Virus record (IMG/VR): IMGVR_UViG_2911215477_000001
Span: 1-38,485 of that record
DNA from: a virus
Lineage: Duplodnaviria > Heunggongvirae > Uroviricota > Caudoviricetes
Strand: one strand, 5' to 3'
DNA length: 38,485 bases
The stretch's first letter is position 1. Each line of letters starts with the position of its first letter. The notes under the pieces are model-generated. The model made no database searches. It worked only from the letters and a program-made list of their open reading frames with translations, and had not been told where the DNA came from. The position numbers and the translations under genes are program-made. Below, in pieces: positions 1 to 8,919 of this stretch.

Positions 1-1323
1 ATGCCAAAGATGCGCCTGACTAAGCAGGCGGTCGATGAGTTGCCGTTCCCTGAAGTATCCGGAACCCGCATCAACTACATCGACAGCGAATGCTCAGCCC
101 TCTACCTGCGTGTTACGACGACCGCAAAGACCTTCTATTACGTCACCTATAACGCTGCTGCGAAGAAGCGTGAATGGGTGAAGATCGGGCGACCGGATGA
201 GGGTCACACCCCAAACACCGCCCGTGAGTTCTGCCGGAAGGTAGCCCGTGGAGAGATCAATCTCGCGGAGCCGGCAGTCAACGAAGACGAACCCACTACC
301 CTTTCCCTTGTCCCGGAAACCGACTCGGGAGCCGCACCTGCGCCGGAAGAGATGACCTGCCGACAGCTGGCGAAAGACTATCTGGAGCAGTACGCCGTCA
401 ATAAGAAAGACGGTGGAAAGTCGGATCGTCGCTTTCTGGAGATCGACTTCCTACCCTCCTTTGGGGATCGGGTCGCGGCTTCTGTGAAGCGTTCGGAGCT
501 TCAGAAGCTCTTTCAGGACAAGGCGAACGGTGATCCTGACCTGGGGAAGAAAGCCGCCCCGGTCGCAGCGAACCGTCTTCGTGCCGTCGTTTCCAAGATG
601 TTCTCCTGGGGTATGCCGACCCTCGATGACGGTGTTCAGGTCAGTCCGGTCATGGGAACCCATCGTCGGAAAGAGCAAGCTCGCGACCGCGTTCTCTCCC
701 ATGATGAGCTTCGCCTCGTGTGGAGAAAGCTGTCTAGCTTTCAGTCGGACTTGATTCGCAGTGCGGTGAAGATACTGATCATCACCCTTCAGCGTCGTTC
801 CGAGGTAGCTCTCATGGAATGGAAAGAGATCGACTGGAAGCACCGCATCTGGACTATCCCGAAGGAAAAGTCGAAGAACGGACACTCGCAAACCGTCCCT
901 CTGTCGAAGATGGCAATCCGTGAGCTGGAATACATGAAGCCCCTAACCGGGCACACGCCATACATCTTCTGGAGCAACAAGAGGAACAACGCGAAGGTGC
1001 TGGAAGCAGGAGTTATTCACCCGGACTGGATCACTCACGCAATCGCGGACTTGCGCGCCCGCGACGAGGAACTGAAGGTCTTGGACCGTTTCACTCCCCA
1101 CGATTTCCGTCGTACTGCCGCTACCAATATCGGTGAGCTGATGGAGAGTCGTGAAGCGGTGAAGCGTCTGTTGAACCACGTCGAAGGTGGTGCGACGTCG
1201 ATTTATGACCGTGCGACGTACACGGGGTTGAAGCGCAAAGCCCTCAACCTTTGGGCAGATCGCCTGTCTAAGATCATCCGAGGCGAGCACATTCCCATCG
1301 CGGATCTGGACGAAGCCGCATAA
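1..1323 (+). CDS. int: Tyrosine recombinase / phage integrase with N-terminal arm-binding domain
   Basis: 440 aa. Catalytic set present: R (LQRRSEV), K (KSKNG), HxxR (HDFRRT), H (LNHV), Y (IYDR). The N-terminus RLTKQAV..YIDSECSALYLRVT resembles P4-type arm-binding domains. Confidence 0.93.
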   Translation: MPKMRLTKQAVDELPFPEVSGTRINYIDSECSALYLRVTTTAKTFYYVTYNAAAKKREWVKIGRPDEGHTPNTAREFCRKVARGEINLAEPAVNEDEPTTLSLVPETDSGAAPAPEEMTCRQLAKDYLEQYAVNKKDGGKSDRRFLEIDFLPSFGDRVAASVKRSELQKLFQDKANGDPDLGKKAAPVAANRLRAVVSKMFSWGMPTLDDGVQVSPVMGTHRRKEQARDRVLSHDELRLVWRKLSSFQSDLIRSAVKILIITLQRRSEVALMEWKEIDWKHRIWTIPKEKSKNGHSQTVPLSKMAIRELEYMKPLTGHTPYIFWSNKRNNAKVLEAGVIHPDWITHAIADLRARDEELKVLDRFTPHDFRRTAATNIGELMESREAVKRLLNHVEGGATSIYDRATYTGLKRKALNLWADRLSKIIRGEHIPIADLDEAA

Positions 1324-1325
1324 GC

Positions 1326-1361
1326 AAAAGGGGCACCCTCATCAGGTGCCCCTCTTTCTTT
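1326..1361. terminator. Bidirectional intrinsic terminator between convergent int and ligase
   Basis: Perfect 9-bp stem AGGGGCACC (1329-1337) / GGTGCCCCT (1345-1353), 7-nt loop, A-run on the left and CTTTCTTT on the right. Confidence 0.85.
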
Positions 1362-2739
1362 ACCAGCTGATTTCAGCCTTGTCGGTTCGCAGTCGCTTGA
1401 AGACCGGGTGTCGGAGCGAGCCTGCCGGCGTCACCTCCTGATACTGCACCTCGGCCAGCATACCCATCACCTGACGGCCCGCCGTCTTCTCCATGTCGGC
1501 ATTCAGGGCTTCCCAAAGCTCGCCACGCTGGGACAGGCTGAAGCCCGAACCCACCTTTACCTGCTCGCCCTTGAAGTCCACGACGATCCCGCCGAGGGTG
1601 CCCACCATTGCCCCGGTGCCCTCGAAGAAGCCGATGATCTGCAGATCCATCGTCTCTTCCGCCTTGATCTTCATCCAGGCGTAATCGCGCTTCTTGCGGT
1701 AGAAGGCGTCGGGGTCTTTGATGATCAGACCCTCCAGGCCGTTGTTGCGAGCTGCCTCGTACATTGCCCAGATTTCGTCTTCGGATGCCGCCCAATAGCT
1801 GCCCGGCAACTCCAGGAACTTCGGCTTGTTCGTTTCCTTGTATGCCTTGAACGCAGCCTCCAGCAGCTTTCGACGCTGACGCTGGGTGCCCATTTCCTCC
1901 AGCTGGGCGTCGGACGCCTCCAGAAGGTTCGTGCCGGGCAGACCCAGAACGTCGAACACATGGAGGGTGCCCTCCTCGATGGGGTCATCCGAACGCAGGG
2001 CTGAGACCGACTCGTTGAAGGAGCCCGACGTTGCTTCGGCGTCCAGGCAGACGATGCGACCCATCTCCTTCTCGTCCATGACCACACGAACGAAGTCGAT
2101 GACTTCCATCGTCATCGGGACGAGGCTCGGGATCGGGTTGCCTGCGCGGGTGTAGAAGTCCACGACCCAATCGACGGTATCGACGACGACCAGGGTGCGC
2201 ATGCCATCCAGCTTCGGCTCGATCATGCGGGGCCAGCCGCTGACCTTCTTCACGTTGAAGGGGTGAGCCAGCATGACGCCGAACTCGGACAGCAAGCCGG
2301 GGATGACTTTGTTCACGCTCGATGCCTGAATGCCGATCTTCAGGTTCTTGTCGAGCGCCCACAGGGACCACTTGAGCACCGGCTGCTCGTACTTGGTGCG
2401 GATGTCCTCCAGCATCTTGATCCGGCGATCCGTCGCACCCGTGCCCGTGGCGAGCTGAATCTCGCGCATGGCGATGAAGTAGTCAGAGTCCAGGTCGTTG
2501 CCCTCGGTGACGTGAGCCACCGAGAAGTCGGTCAGTTGCTTGGGAAGCTGCTTGCTGGTGATGCCGAACTTCACCTGGTCGTCGAACCAGAACTTGAGCA
2601 GGCGCTTCAGGTAATCCACCTGGGTTTCGTCGGCGTCTTTGACGAAGTTCTCCAGCAGCTCCAGCTTGGTCTTGCCCTTCGCTGCCCCGATGGCAACGAG
2701 CAAGTCGTGGATTGCGTCAATATTGGGCGTCGTGCTCAT
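1360..2739 (-). CDS. lig: ATP-dependent DNA ligase
   Basis: Motif I EPKLDGMR, followed by LDAE, VFD, EGLIIK, WMKIK and an OB-fold tail (VKVGSG, LRHPVF). Start moved to MSTTP (ATG at 2739), which has GAGGA upstream. Confidence 0.93.
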   Translation of the reverse strand: MSTTPNIDAIHDLLVAIGAAKGKTKLELLENFVKDADETQVDYLKRLLKFWFDDQVKFGITSKQLPKQLTDFSVAHVTEGNDLDSDYFIAMREIQLATGTGATDRRIKMLEDIRTKYEQPVLKWSLWALDKNLKIGIQASSVNKVIPGLLSEFGVMLAHPFNVKKVSGWPRMIEPKLDGMRTLVVVDTVDWVVDFYTRAGNPIPSLVPMTMEVIDFVRVVMDEKEMGRIVCLDAEATSGSFNESVSALRSDDPIEEGTLHVFDVLGLPGTNLLEASDAQLEEMGTQRQRRKLLEAAFKAYKETNKPKFLELPGSYWAASEDEIWAMYEAARNNGLEGLIIKDPDAFYRKKRDYAWMKIKAEETMDLQIIGFFEGTGAMVGTLGGIVVDFKGEQVKVGSGFSLSQRGELWEALNADMEKTAGRQVMGMLAEVQYQEVTPAGSLRHPVFKRLRTDKAEISW

Positions 2740-3283
2740 TTCCAAGTTCCTCAAGTGCCTGGTTGATCGCTCCCTGGATGATGTTCTGGGAGGCAAGGTC
2801 GGTGTCGATGTGACCGTTACGCTTCACGGGCGCGGTCACGGGTTCAGCACGCTCGCGCTTGACCTTGATCGGGTCGGCGTCTGCGATGGTGTTGGTGTCG
2901 GTCGGGACGAAGCCGCGCTGGGAGTTACCCCGGCGATAGCCGATGCCAGCTCGGGCGGCTTCGGACTGTTTCTGGAACTCGGCCAGGGTCTTGTGACGGT
3001 CGCGGAAGTACAGGGCGTGACCCACCTGCATCTCTTCCTTGCGCATCTTGATCGCCGGACAGGTTCGGCTGCAGATGGCGTCCTGGCAGCTCGTGCGCAG
3101 GTTCGGGCGCTTCTCCAGCACCGCTTCGATGGTGTGCAGGCAGACTGCATAGTTCGAACGGCCACTGTACTGGTCACACCAGAAGTAATAGCCGTTGCTG
3201 CCCGAGCGAGATTCGCCCATCGGCAGCTTGTCTTCATTGATGGGGTCGTTCGGGATGTCCCGAAGCTCGATCTTCTCTTCCAC
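2717..3283 (-). CDS. Cys-rich hypothetical protein (possible Zn-binding), 188 aa
   Basis: GTG start with AGGAG SD. Five Cys in the N-terminal half (FWC..AVC..SCQDAICSRTC). Overlaps the ligase start by 23 nt. Confidence 0.75.
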   Translation of the reverse strand: MEEKIELRDIPNDPINEDKLPMGESRSGSNGYYFWCDQYSGRSNYAVCLHTIEAVLEKRPNLRTSCQDAICSRTCPAIKMRKEEMQVGHALYFRDRHKTLAEFQKQSEAARAGIGYRRGNSQRGFVPTDTNTIADADPIKVKRERAEPVTAPVKRNGHIDTDLASQNIIQGAINQALEELGNEHDAQY

Positions 3284-3320
3284 GCTCTTCTCTCCTGTGC
3301 GCGCATTTGCGCTTCACGCA

Positions 3321-3342
3321 ATTATAGTATGTGCATACATAC
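3321..3342 (-). promoter_or_regulatory. Operator-like palindrome 1 plus -10 box
   Basis: GTATGT-gcat-ACATAC at 3327-3342. On the minus strand it is followed immediately by TATAAT (3326-3321). Confidence 0.75.
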
Positions 3343-3344
3343 CA

Positions 3345-4469
3345 TTACAGCGAAATCGTTAGGGGCTTCTCTGGGTAGCGCTTGGCCACCTCCCCCTTCA
3401 GCAGCACGATGTCCACGCCCGTCCTGATCCGCTTAGCGTTCTGGATCGCGGACAGGATCTCCACCGGCTTCGCTTCGCCTGGGTCTTTGTCCTTCGGGAG
3501 CATCGCCACGTAGCACTCAAACCCCATCTTCAGGAGGCTCAGACACGCCTTGGCAGCTGCGAAGGTCGCTTTCGCCTCCCCATCCCAGAGGAAGGTCAGG
3601 CGCTTGACGCCCTTACCCCTGAGCTTGATGAACTGGCCCAGCTGGTCATTCCCTTCGTTGTTGCCCTCGGACAGGTGCATGCCGAAGGTGCCCACGGCCA
3701 GGGTGGTCTCACGCTTGGAGAAGTCCGTGTCCAGGGCGATCTTTGCCCCGATGACGTCAAACGCACCCTCGCAGATGACCACATGGTCTACCCCAGGCAC
3801 GACGTTCCACCCGTTGTAGAGGTAGGAGCCGGTAGACGCGAAGCCAGGCGGGAACAGGTAGCGCTTCTCGTGCTCCCCAGTGCCGTCTCGCCCCTGGAAC
3901 GTGACCAGCTCACCCTCCAGGTCGAAGACCGGGATGATCACGCGCTTGCCGTAGTCCTGCTTCATCTTGCGACCGTCAGGGCTGACGACTTCGAAGGAGC
4001 CCTCTTCACACCAGCGGAGCCCGAAGTATTCAGCCAGGGCTTTATCCACCCCTCGGCGTGCCAGGTATTCGGGAACCTCCTCCATCTCCGCGACAGGCTT
4101 GCTCTCGGGGAGATAGAGGGAATTGAGGTCCGCGATGGTCAGGACTGACGTTCGCTTGGGCCTCCAGCCCTGCTCCTGAGCCAGTTTCCTGAGCGTCAGA
4201 AGCAGCTGGTTGCCAGCTTGGGAGTACAGACCCTTGAGGAAAGTCCATTTGGAGAAGGTCTTCTGGGGGCAACCGCCAGAGAAGCAGTTGCCGACGCCAG
4301 AATCCGCGTTGACGTAGACACGATAGTCGTTCGACCCGCAGAACGGGCATGCCCGGACGTTGAGCTGACGACCTGAACGACCGTAACTGTCACGGTGGGA
4401 CACGCCTTCACGGTCGAGCACCCACTCCATGTCGATCTGGTCGAGCAGTTCTTTTGCCTCCTCCCACAT
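3345..4469 (-). CDS. DNA primase (Zn-finger + TOPRIM)
   Basis: CPFC..NCFSGGC Zn-binding region, TOPRIM ICEGAFD and LWDGE, DKDPGE. Adjacent to the helicase. Confidence 0.88.
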   Translation of the reverse strand: MWEEAKELLDQIDMEWVLDREGVSHRDSYGRSGRQLNVRACPFCGSNDYRVYVNADSGVGNCFSGGCPQKTFSKWTFLKGLYSQAGNQLLLTLRKLAQEQGWRPKRTSVLTIADLNSLYLPESKPVAEMEEVPEYLARRGVDKALAEYFGLRWCEEGSFEVVSPDGRKMKQDYGKRVIIPVFDLEGELVTFQGRDGTGEHEKRYLFPPGFASTGSYLYNGWNVVPGVDHVVICEGAFDVIGAKIALDTDFSKRETTLAVGTFGMHLSEGNNEGNDQLGQFIKLRGKGVKRLTFLWDGEAKATFAAAKACLSLLKMGFECYVAMLPKDKDPGEAKPVEILSAIQNAKRIRTGVDIVLLKGEVAKRYPEKPLTISL

Positions 4470-4474
4470 GACGC

Positions 4475-5824
4475 CTATGCCTCGATTTCGATGATGGACT
4501 CGATCATTCGTGCCTGTTCAAGGTTCGTCTTGACCCGGACGATGAAGTTGCCCTTCTGGTTACGGGACGCGGCGAAGTAGAGCTTTGCCTCGTTGTTTGC
4601 CTTGTCCTCGTCGCTACTGTTGATGGAGATCAGCAAGTCCACAGTTCGGACCTTGTTGATGTCTTCAGCGACGTGCTCCATCTTGCTGACCGTGGACTTG
4701 AAGCCCTCACGGTTGGTCTGGGTCGCAGACAGAAGCGCGCAGTTGAACTCGTAGGAGATGGCACGCAGGTCGATGTAGATCATGCGGCTGTTCTCGCGCA
4801 TCTCCGACGACATCTGATCCGGACGCATCAGGTCGGCGTAGTCCACCACCACCATGTCGTAGTGATTGCCCTTTGCGGCTTCCCGGTGAAGCAGACGACG
4901 GAGGTCGCCAGGGCTGAAGCTGCCCGTGGGGAAGTCGAACAAGGAGAACTTGCCGGCCTTAGCAGACGCTGCCTTTACCTTGTCGCGAACGGCACCCAGA
5001 GCGATCTGGAGATCCTTCATCGCGGTCTTGGCGATGTTCGCGTCCATACGATCCGCGATGATGCGAGCGGCCACTTCCAGCGAGACGTACAAGACGTTGT
5101 AGCCGGCGAGACAGGCATTGACCGCGAACGCGATCAGCGACATGGACTTGCCCGCTTTCGCAGCGCCCATGATCACGCTCAGCTCCTTGCGACCCCATCC
5201 CTTGTTGTAGAGAACACGGTCCAGCTCCTTGAAGCCGGTGGTGATCCCGTCATAGGTGATGCGACCCGCCAGAAGCTCCTTGCGGTATTCCGCACGCCCC
5301 TCGATCGTTTCGAAGAAGTCGATCTTGGAGTTGTCCTGGTTCTCGCCCACCATCAAGGCTTGCTTGATGGCCTTTTCGATGGCCGGGAAGTCCCGCTTAT
5401 CGACCAGCTCTGCAGACTTCAGGATGGCCTCGGTCATCGCAGAGTGACGAGCGAACTCGGCCACGCGGTCGATGGTGAAGTCCTTGTCGTCCAGCTCGAC
5501 TGCGTACAGCTGACGCAGCGCCTGCTTCATGTCCTCAACGAGGTCGCCACGGATGGTCTTGTTCTTGACCGCATCCGTGAAGAGCATCACGAACGCCGTC
5601 TTGGACGGGATCATCTTGTACTTGTTGAAGTAGTCGAGAGCCAGGCTCACGATCTGACCGAGGCTTTCGCTGGTCATGTAGCGCGGCTGGACGAGCCCTT
5701 CGGTGCGCTGGTTGAAGTCCGTGTCGCGAAGCACCCAGGCAGCGATCTGTTCCTGGAAGTTCTCGTCGAACTCATAGGTAACGCCCTCTTCGGTCGCTAC
5801 CACCTCTTCTTCGACCGCCGACAT
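4475..5824 (-). CDS. DnaB/gp41-like SF4 replicative helicase
   Basis: Walker A GAAKAGKS, SLEVA, Walker B VVDYADL, ATQTNR, AEDINK. Confidence 0.92.
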   Translation of the reverse strand: MSAVEEEVVATEEGVTYEFDENFQEQIAAWVLRDTDFNQRTEGLVQPRYMTSESLGQIVSLALDYFNKYKMIPSKTAFVMLFTDAVKNKTIRGDLVEDMKQALRQLYAVELDDKDFTIDRVAEFARHSAMTEAILKSAELVDKRDFPAIEKAIKQALMVGENQDNSKIDFFETIEGRAEYRKELLAGRITYDGITTGFKELDRVLYNKGWGRKELSVIMGAAKAGKSMSLIAFAVNACLAGYNVLYVSLEVAARIIADRMDANIAKTAMKDLQIALGAVRDKVKAASAKAGKFSLFDFPTGSFSPGDLRRLLHREAAKGNHYDMVVVDYADLMRPDQMSSEMRENSRMIYIDLRAISYEFNCALLSATQTNREGFKSTVSKMEHVAEDINKVRTVDLLISINSSDEDKANNEAKLYFAASRNQKGNFIVRVKTNLEQARMIESIIEIEA

Positions 5825-6136
5825 TTAAGCCACCTCGGCAACGGTGATCTCTTCGAGGGCGTGCTTGAACAGCAGGCGCTTGACGGCACCGTTGTTGGTG
5901 GAGATCAGGATGGTGTAGCGATCAACCTCCAGGACGTAGCCGTTCAGGACGACATCAGCGCCCAGCACGAATTCCAGCTCGGTCTCGGACTCGCGCATCT
6001 CCTGCAGCCACTGGTCATGGCTCCAGGGCTTCGGCTGGGGCGGGAGGACGATCTTGGTCGGCGGGGTTACTTCGGGACGGCGGGCCTTGCCGTTCAGGTG
6101 GAGGGTCTTGCGACGGGGAAAGTTGTGATCCTTCAT
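5825..6136 (-). CDS. hfq: Hfq-like (Sm-fold) RNA chaperone with basic, Pro-rich N-terminal extension, 103 aa
   Basis: SHDQWLQEMR..EFVL..VVLNGYVLEVDRYTILI..LLFKHALEEI aligns by eye with the Hfq core (LQDPFLNALR..IYL..IKLQGQIESFDQFVILL..VYKHAISTV). ATG at 6136. Confidence 0.8.
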   Translation of the reverse strand: MKDHNFPRRKTLHLNGKARRPEVTPPTKIVLPPQPKPWSHDQWLQEMRESETELEFVLGADVVLNGYVLEVDRYTILISTNNGAVKRLLFKHALEEITVAEVA

Positions 6137-6153
6137 TCTCTTCTCTACTGCGT

Positions 6154-6177
6154 ATGTATGTCGATACATACATTGTA
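6154..6177 (-). promoter_or_regulatory. Operator-like palindrome 2 plus -10 box (hfq-like promoter)
   Basis: ATGTATGT-cgat-ACATACAT (6154-6173, perfect 8-bp arms, core 6156-6171). On the minus strand TACAAT directly precedes the core. Confidence 0.8.
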
Positions 6178-6189
6178 GCGAGGAAAAAG

Positions 6190-6882
6190 TTACGCGATCA
6201 GTTCAGCGGGAAGCAGCTTCTCGGCAGTCGCTTGGGACAGCACTCCCTGGTCGATCAGACGCAGGGCGACCATCGAGCTGCCCTTGGCACGGATCATCTT
6301 GCAGAGCCATTCGTCGAACGCGCCCTTCCACGGGGCAGTCGAGTCGGCCATGAGGGTCGGGGCGGTGAAGTGCAGCGCTCGGATGGGGAGTTCCTCCTTC
6401 CAGCGCATTGCGATGAAGCCGATCAGGGGCAGGACGCCGGGACGGGCCTTGCCGTAAAGCTGACGGACGTTGGGGAGCCTGCTCCACCCGCGATCCACTG
6501 CCTCGTTGATCCCGAGACGGACGAACGTGTCATAGGGCATCCCGAGAGCGTCAGCGGCCTGTCGTGCCCCGAATGCGTCTTTCATCTGCTGCTCTTTTAT
6601 AAGAGACGTGAACAGCTTCGACACAGCGATAGGGGCGCGATAGATGCCGGTGTACTTCTCCTGCGACTCGACGTAGACCTTGTTGCAGAGCTTCCCAAAC
6701 AAGCGCGTGCGCTTGACGGGGTGCATGCCCCTGTATTCCCACCAGCAGGCTTTCGCAAGCTTGCGCTCGCGCTCACAGATCGCGTCAAAGTCGTTTGGGA
6801 ACGAGCGCATCAGCGCTAGATCCATGTCCCTGGCTTCCATGTCGAAGCCAGGGAACTCGATGGTATGTGTGATGGTCGCCAT
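6190..6882 (-). CDS. Conserved phage hypothetical protein, about 230 aa
   Basis: Long ORF. The WWEYRGMHPVKRTRLF motif recalls a protein of SSU5/pHCM2-like elements (from memory). Start set to MATITH (6882) because the upstream ATG lies in the promoter region. Confidence 0.7.
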   Translation of the reverse strand: MATITHTIEFPGFDMEARDMDLALMRSFPNDFDAICERERKLAKACWWEYRGMHPVKRTRLFGKLCNKVYVESQEKYTGIYRAPIAVSKLFTSLIKEQQMKDAFGARQAADALGMPYDTFVRLGINEAVDRGWSRLPNVRQLYGKARPGVLPLIGFIAMRWKEELPIRALHFTAPTLMADSTAPWKGAFDEWLCKMIRAKGSSMVALRLIDQGVLSQATAEKLLPAELIA

Positions 6883-6884
6883 AG

Positions 6885-6927
6885 TTAGTGCTTTGTCTCT
6901 GAGCACTAATTATATGCGCTCACATAC
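6885..6927 (-). promoter_or_regulatory. Operator-like palindrome 3, TATAAT box and downstream 8-bp hairpin
   Basis: ATATGC-gctc-ACATAC at 6912-6927 overlaps a minus-strand TATAAT. Inverted repeat TTAGTGCT (6885-6892) / AGCACTAA (6902-6909). Confidence 0.7.
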
Positions 6928-7677
6928 TTATTTTGTCGCAGGATCTCGATACCGCCTCAAGATCTCCTTGACCAGGCCCGAGCGCACAACGTCATCCTCG
7001 GTGAACTCGATGACCTTCACGCCCTTGAGACCCTTCAAACGCTCCATGGCGTCCTTCAGGCCGCTTTCGCCAGGGATGTCCTTTTGGGTGATGTCGCCAT
7101 TGATGACCACGGTCGAGTTTTCACCGATGCGGGTCAGGAACAGCTTCATCTGCTCCGGGGTGACGTTCTGGGCTTCGTCCAAGATCACGAAGCAGTTGTC
7201 GAAGGTCAGGCCACGGATGTACTCCAGGGGCTGAATCTCCACCTTTTCGAGGCGCTGGAGGTTCTCCAGATGCCTTGCGCCGAGGACCGAACTCAGGATG
7301 TGCCGGAACGGGGCGAAGTACGGTTCGAACTTCTCGTGGATGGTGCCGGGAAGGAAGCCCAGTCCCTTACCTGCTTCGACTGCCGGACGGGTCACGATGA
7401 TCTTCTGGATCTTCCGCTGAAGCAGCAGGTTCGCAGCGTGCGCGGTGCAGACGTAGGTCTTGCCCGTGCCAGCGGGACCGATGCCGAAGGTCAGCTGATT
7501 GGATTCCATCGAGATGAGATAGTGACCCTGCACCTCATTCTTCGGCACGACTTCCTTGACGTAGCCGTAATCCTCTTCCCCACGGTGACGCTCACTACCC
7601 ACACGCTCCTTGCCAGTGCGTTCCCGGTTCTCACGTTCCATGCGCTCGTTGCGCTTACGTTCTGCTCGGCGTCCCAC
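6928..7677 (-). CDS. phoH: PhoH-family ATPase
   Basis: GPAGTGKT, ITRPAVE, GFLPG, RGLTF, ILDEAQN, GDITQKD. Probable GTG start at 7677 with AAGGA SD. Confidence 0.93.
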   Translation of the reverse strand: MGRRAERKRNERMERENRERTGKERVGSERHRGEEDYGYVKEVVPKNEVQGHYLISMESNQLTFGIGPAGTGKTYVCTAHAANLLLQRKIQKIIVTRPAVEAGKGLGFLPGTIHEKFEPYFAPFRHILSSVLGARHLENLQRLEKVEIQPLEYIRGLTFDNCFVILDEAQNVTPEQMKLFLTRIGENSTVVINGDITQKDIPGESGLKDAMERLKGLKGVKVIEFTEDDVVRSGLVKEILRRYRDPATK

Positions 7678-7731
7678 GTTTGTCCTTCCTTGGTTGTGAA
7701 AAAGGGCGTCCGTCCTAGACACCCTTGGGGT

Positions 7732-8919
7732 TTAGTGATTCTTGGTGGTGAAGAGCGTCGTTGGTATCCCGGCAAACTCGCTCTTGTCCCGGTAGTAATA
7801 CTTGCCACCCACCACAGCGAAGTTGGTGATCGGGAAGTATTCGATGACCGTGGCCTTCGTCAGCGTGTCGATGTGTGCCAGGGCGAAGCCGTTGTGCCAC
7901 TGCTCACCGTTGCAGTAGCTCGCGGAGCGCTTGTGACCGCTGCCTAGCTGATGCCATTCGTATGCACCGTAGATCGGGGAGAACATCGGCCACACTTCAT
8001 GCTTGTGGTGATGACCGTTGACGCCGGGCAGACCCATGTGGCGCGCATGCGGAAAGTGATGTGCGAGGAAGGCGTCCCAATAGATGCGGTAGTTGTTCTT
8101 CACTTCCTTGGTCGTGTCCGACTTCGTGAACGCCGTCATGTCGGCCTGGGCCACGTAGTTCATTTCGAACTCTTCCAGACCCAGCAGCTTGCTGATCGTC
8201 ATGCCGTGGAGGTCGGAAAGGACCGCACGCAGGGCCGGCGTAGCATCAGCCAGGTGACGCAGGAGGCGGTGCTCGTGGTTGCCTTCGATCAGGTCCATCT
8301 GCGTGCCTGGGCAGGCTTCACGGATGGGAGCGAAGATCTTGGTGTGGGCGAACTTGATGCGACCCACCACGTCCCACTCACGCGGATCCACGCCGTACTT
8401 GCCGAACTCGGGCAGATCGAAGATGTCGCCCACGAAGCTCACCACGTCGGGCTGCACTCGCTTGGCGGTGTCGATGAGGACGCGCAGGAAGAACGGGTCA
8501 ATCTCGATGTCGTGGAGGTCCGAACACAGCAGGATGGTCTTGAAGCGAGCCTTGTTGTCGCGGGTGTACTTGTCGCCCCACTCCCGGCGCTCCTCGTTCA
8601 TGCGCTTGTAGTGGTCAACCGAGGCGTGCTTGGCGATGGCCTTCTCCATCGCACCGACCTGACGTGAGCCGGTGATGCCCGCCTGGCGCTTGAACTCGTG
8701 GAAGGTGCCGAAGTGCATCGTCCAGACGGACTCGGCATAGCGTCCGTGGACGCGGTAGTAGTTGCGGGTGATGAACCGTTCGGGGTCCGCTTCCGCCATC
8801 GCACGAATGTCTGCGATGCAGTCTTCGGCAGTGCCATCCTTCAGCTTGGGGATGATGGTTTCAGAGAGTGGGGCTTCCTTGCCCCGTGCAGCCTTCACTG
8901 GCTTCTTACTCGCTTTCAC
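7732..8919 (-). CDS. Calcineurin-like metallophosphoesterase with N-terminal helical module
   Basis: SDLH, GDIFD, GNHE and GHHH metal motifs. The N-terminal YAESVWTMHFGTFHEFKRQAG resembles the HNH-associated repeat (FGSW..AG). GTG at 8919 overlaps the o-spanin TGA. Confidence 0.82.
   Translation of the reverse strand: MKASKKPVKAARGKEAPLSETIIPKLKDGTAEDCIADIRAMAEADPERFITRNYYRVHGRYAESVWTMHFGTFHEFKRQAGITGSRQVGAMEKAIAKHASVDHYKRMNEERREWGDKYTRDNKARFKTILLCSDLHDIEIDPFFLRVLIDTAKRVQPDVVSFVGDIFDLPEFGKYGVDPREWDVVGRIKFAHTKIFAPIREACPGTQMDLIEGNHEHRLLRHLADATPALRAVLSDLHGMTISKLLGLEEFEMNYVAQADMTAFTKSDTTKEVKNNYRIYWDAFLAHHFPHARHMGLPGVNGHHHKHEVWPMFSPIYGAYEWHQLGSGHKRSASYCNGEQWHNGFALAHIDTLTKATVIEYFPITNFAVVGGKYYYRDKSEFAGIPTTLFTTKNH

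Noticed and set aside
1-1400. attP/attL/attR core or tRNA remnant near the integrase
   Set aside because: Only the terminator lies between int and the ligase, and no duplicated core or tRNA 3' end was found. The region upstream of int is outside the window.
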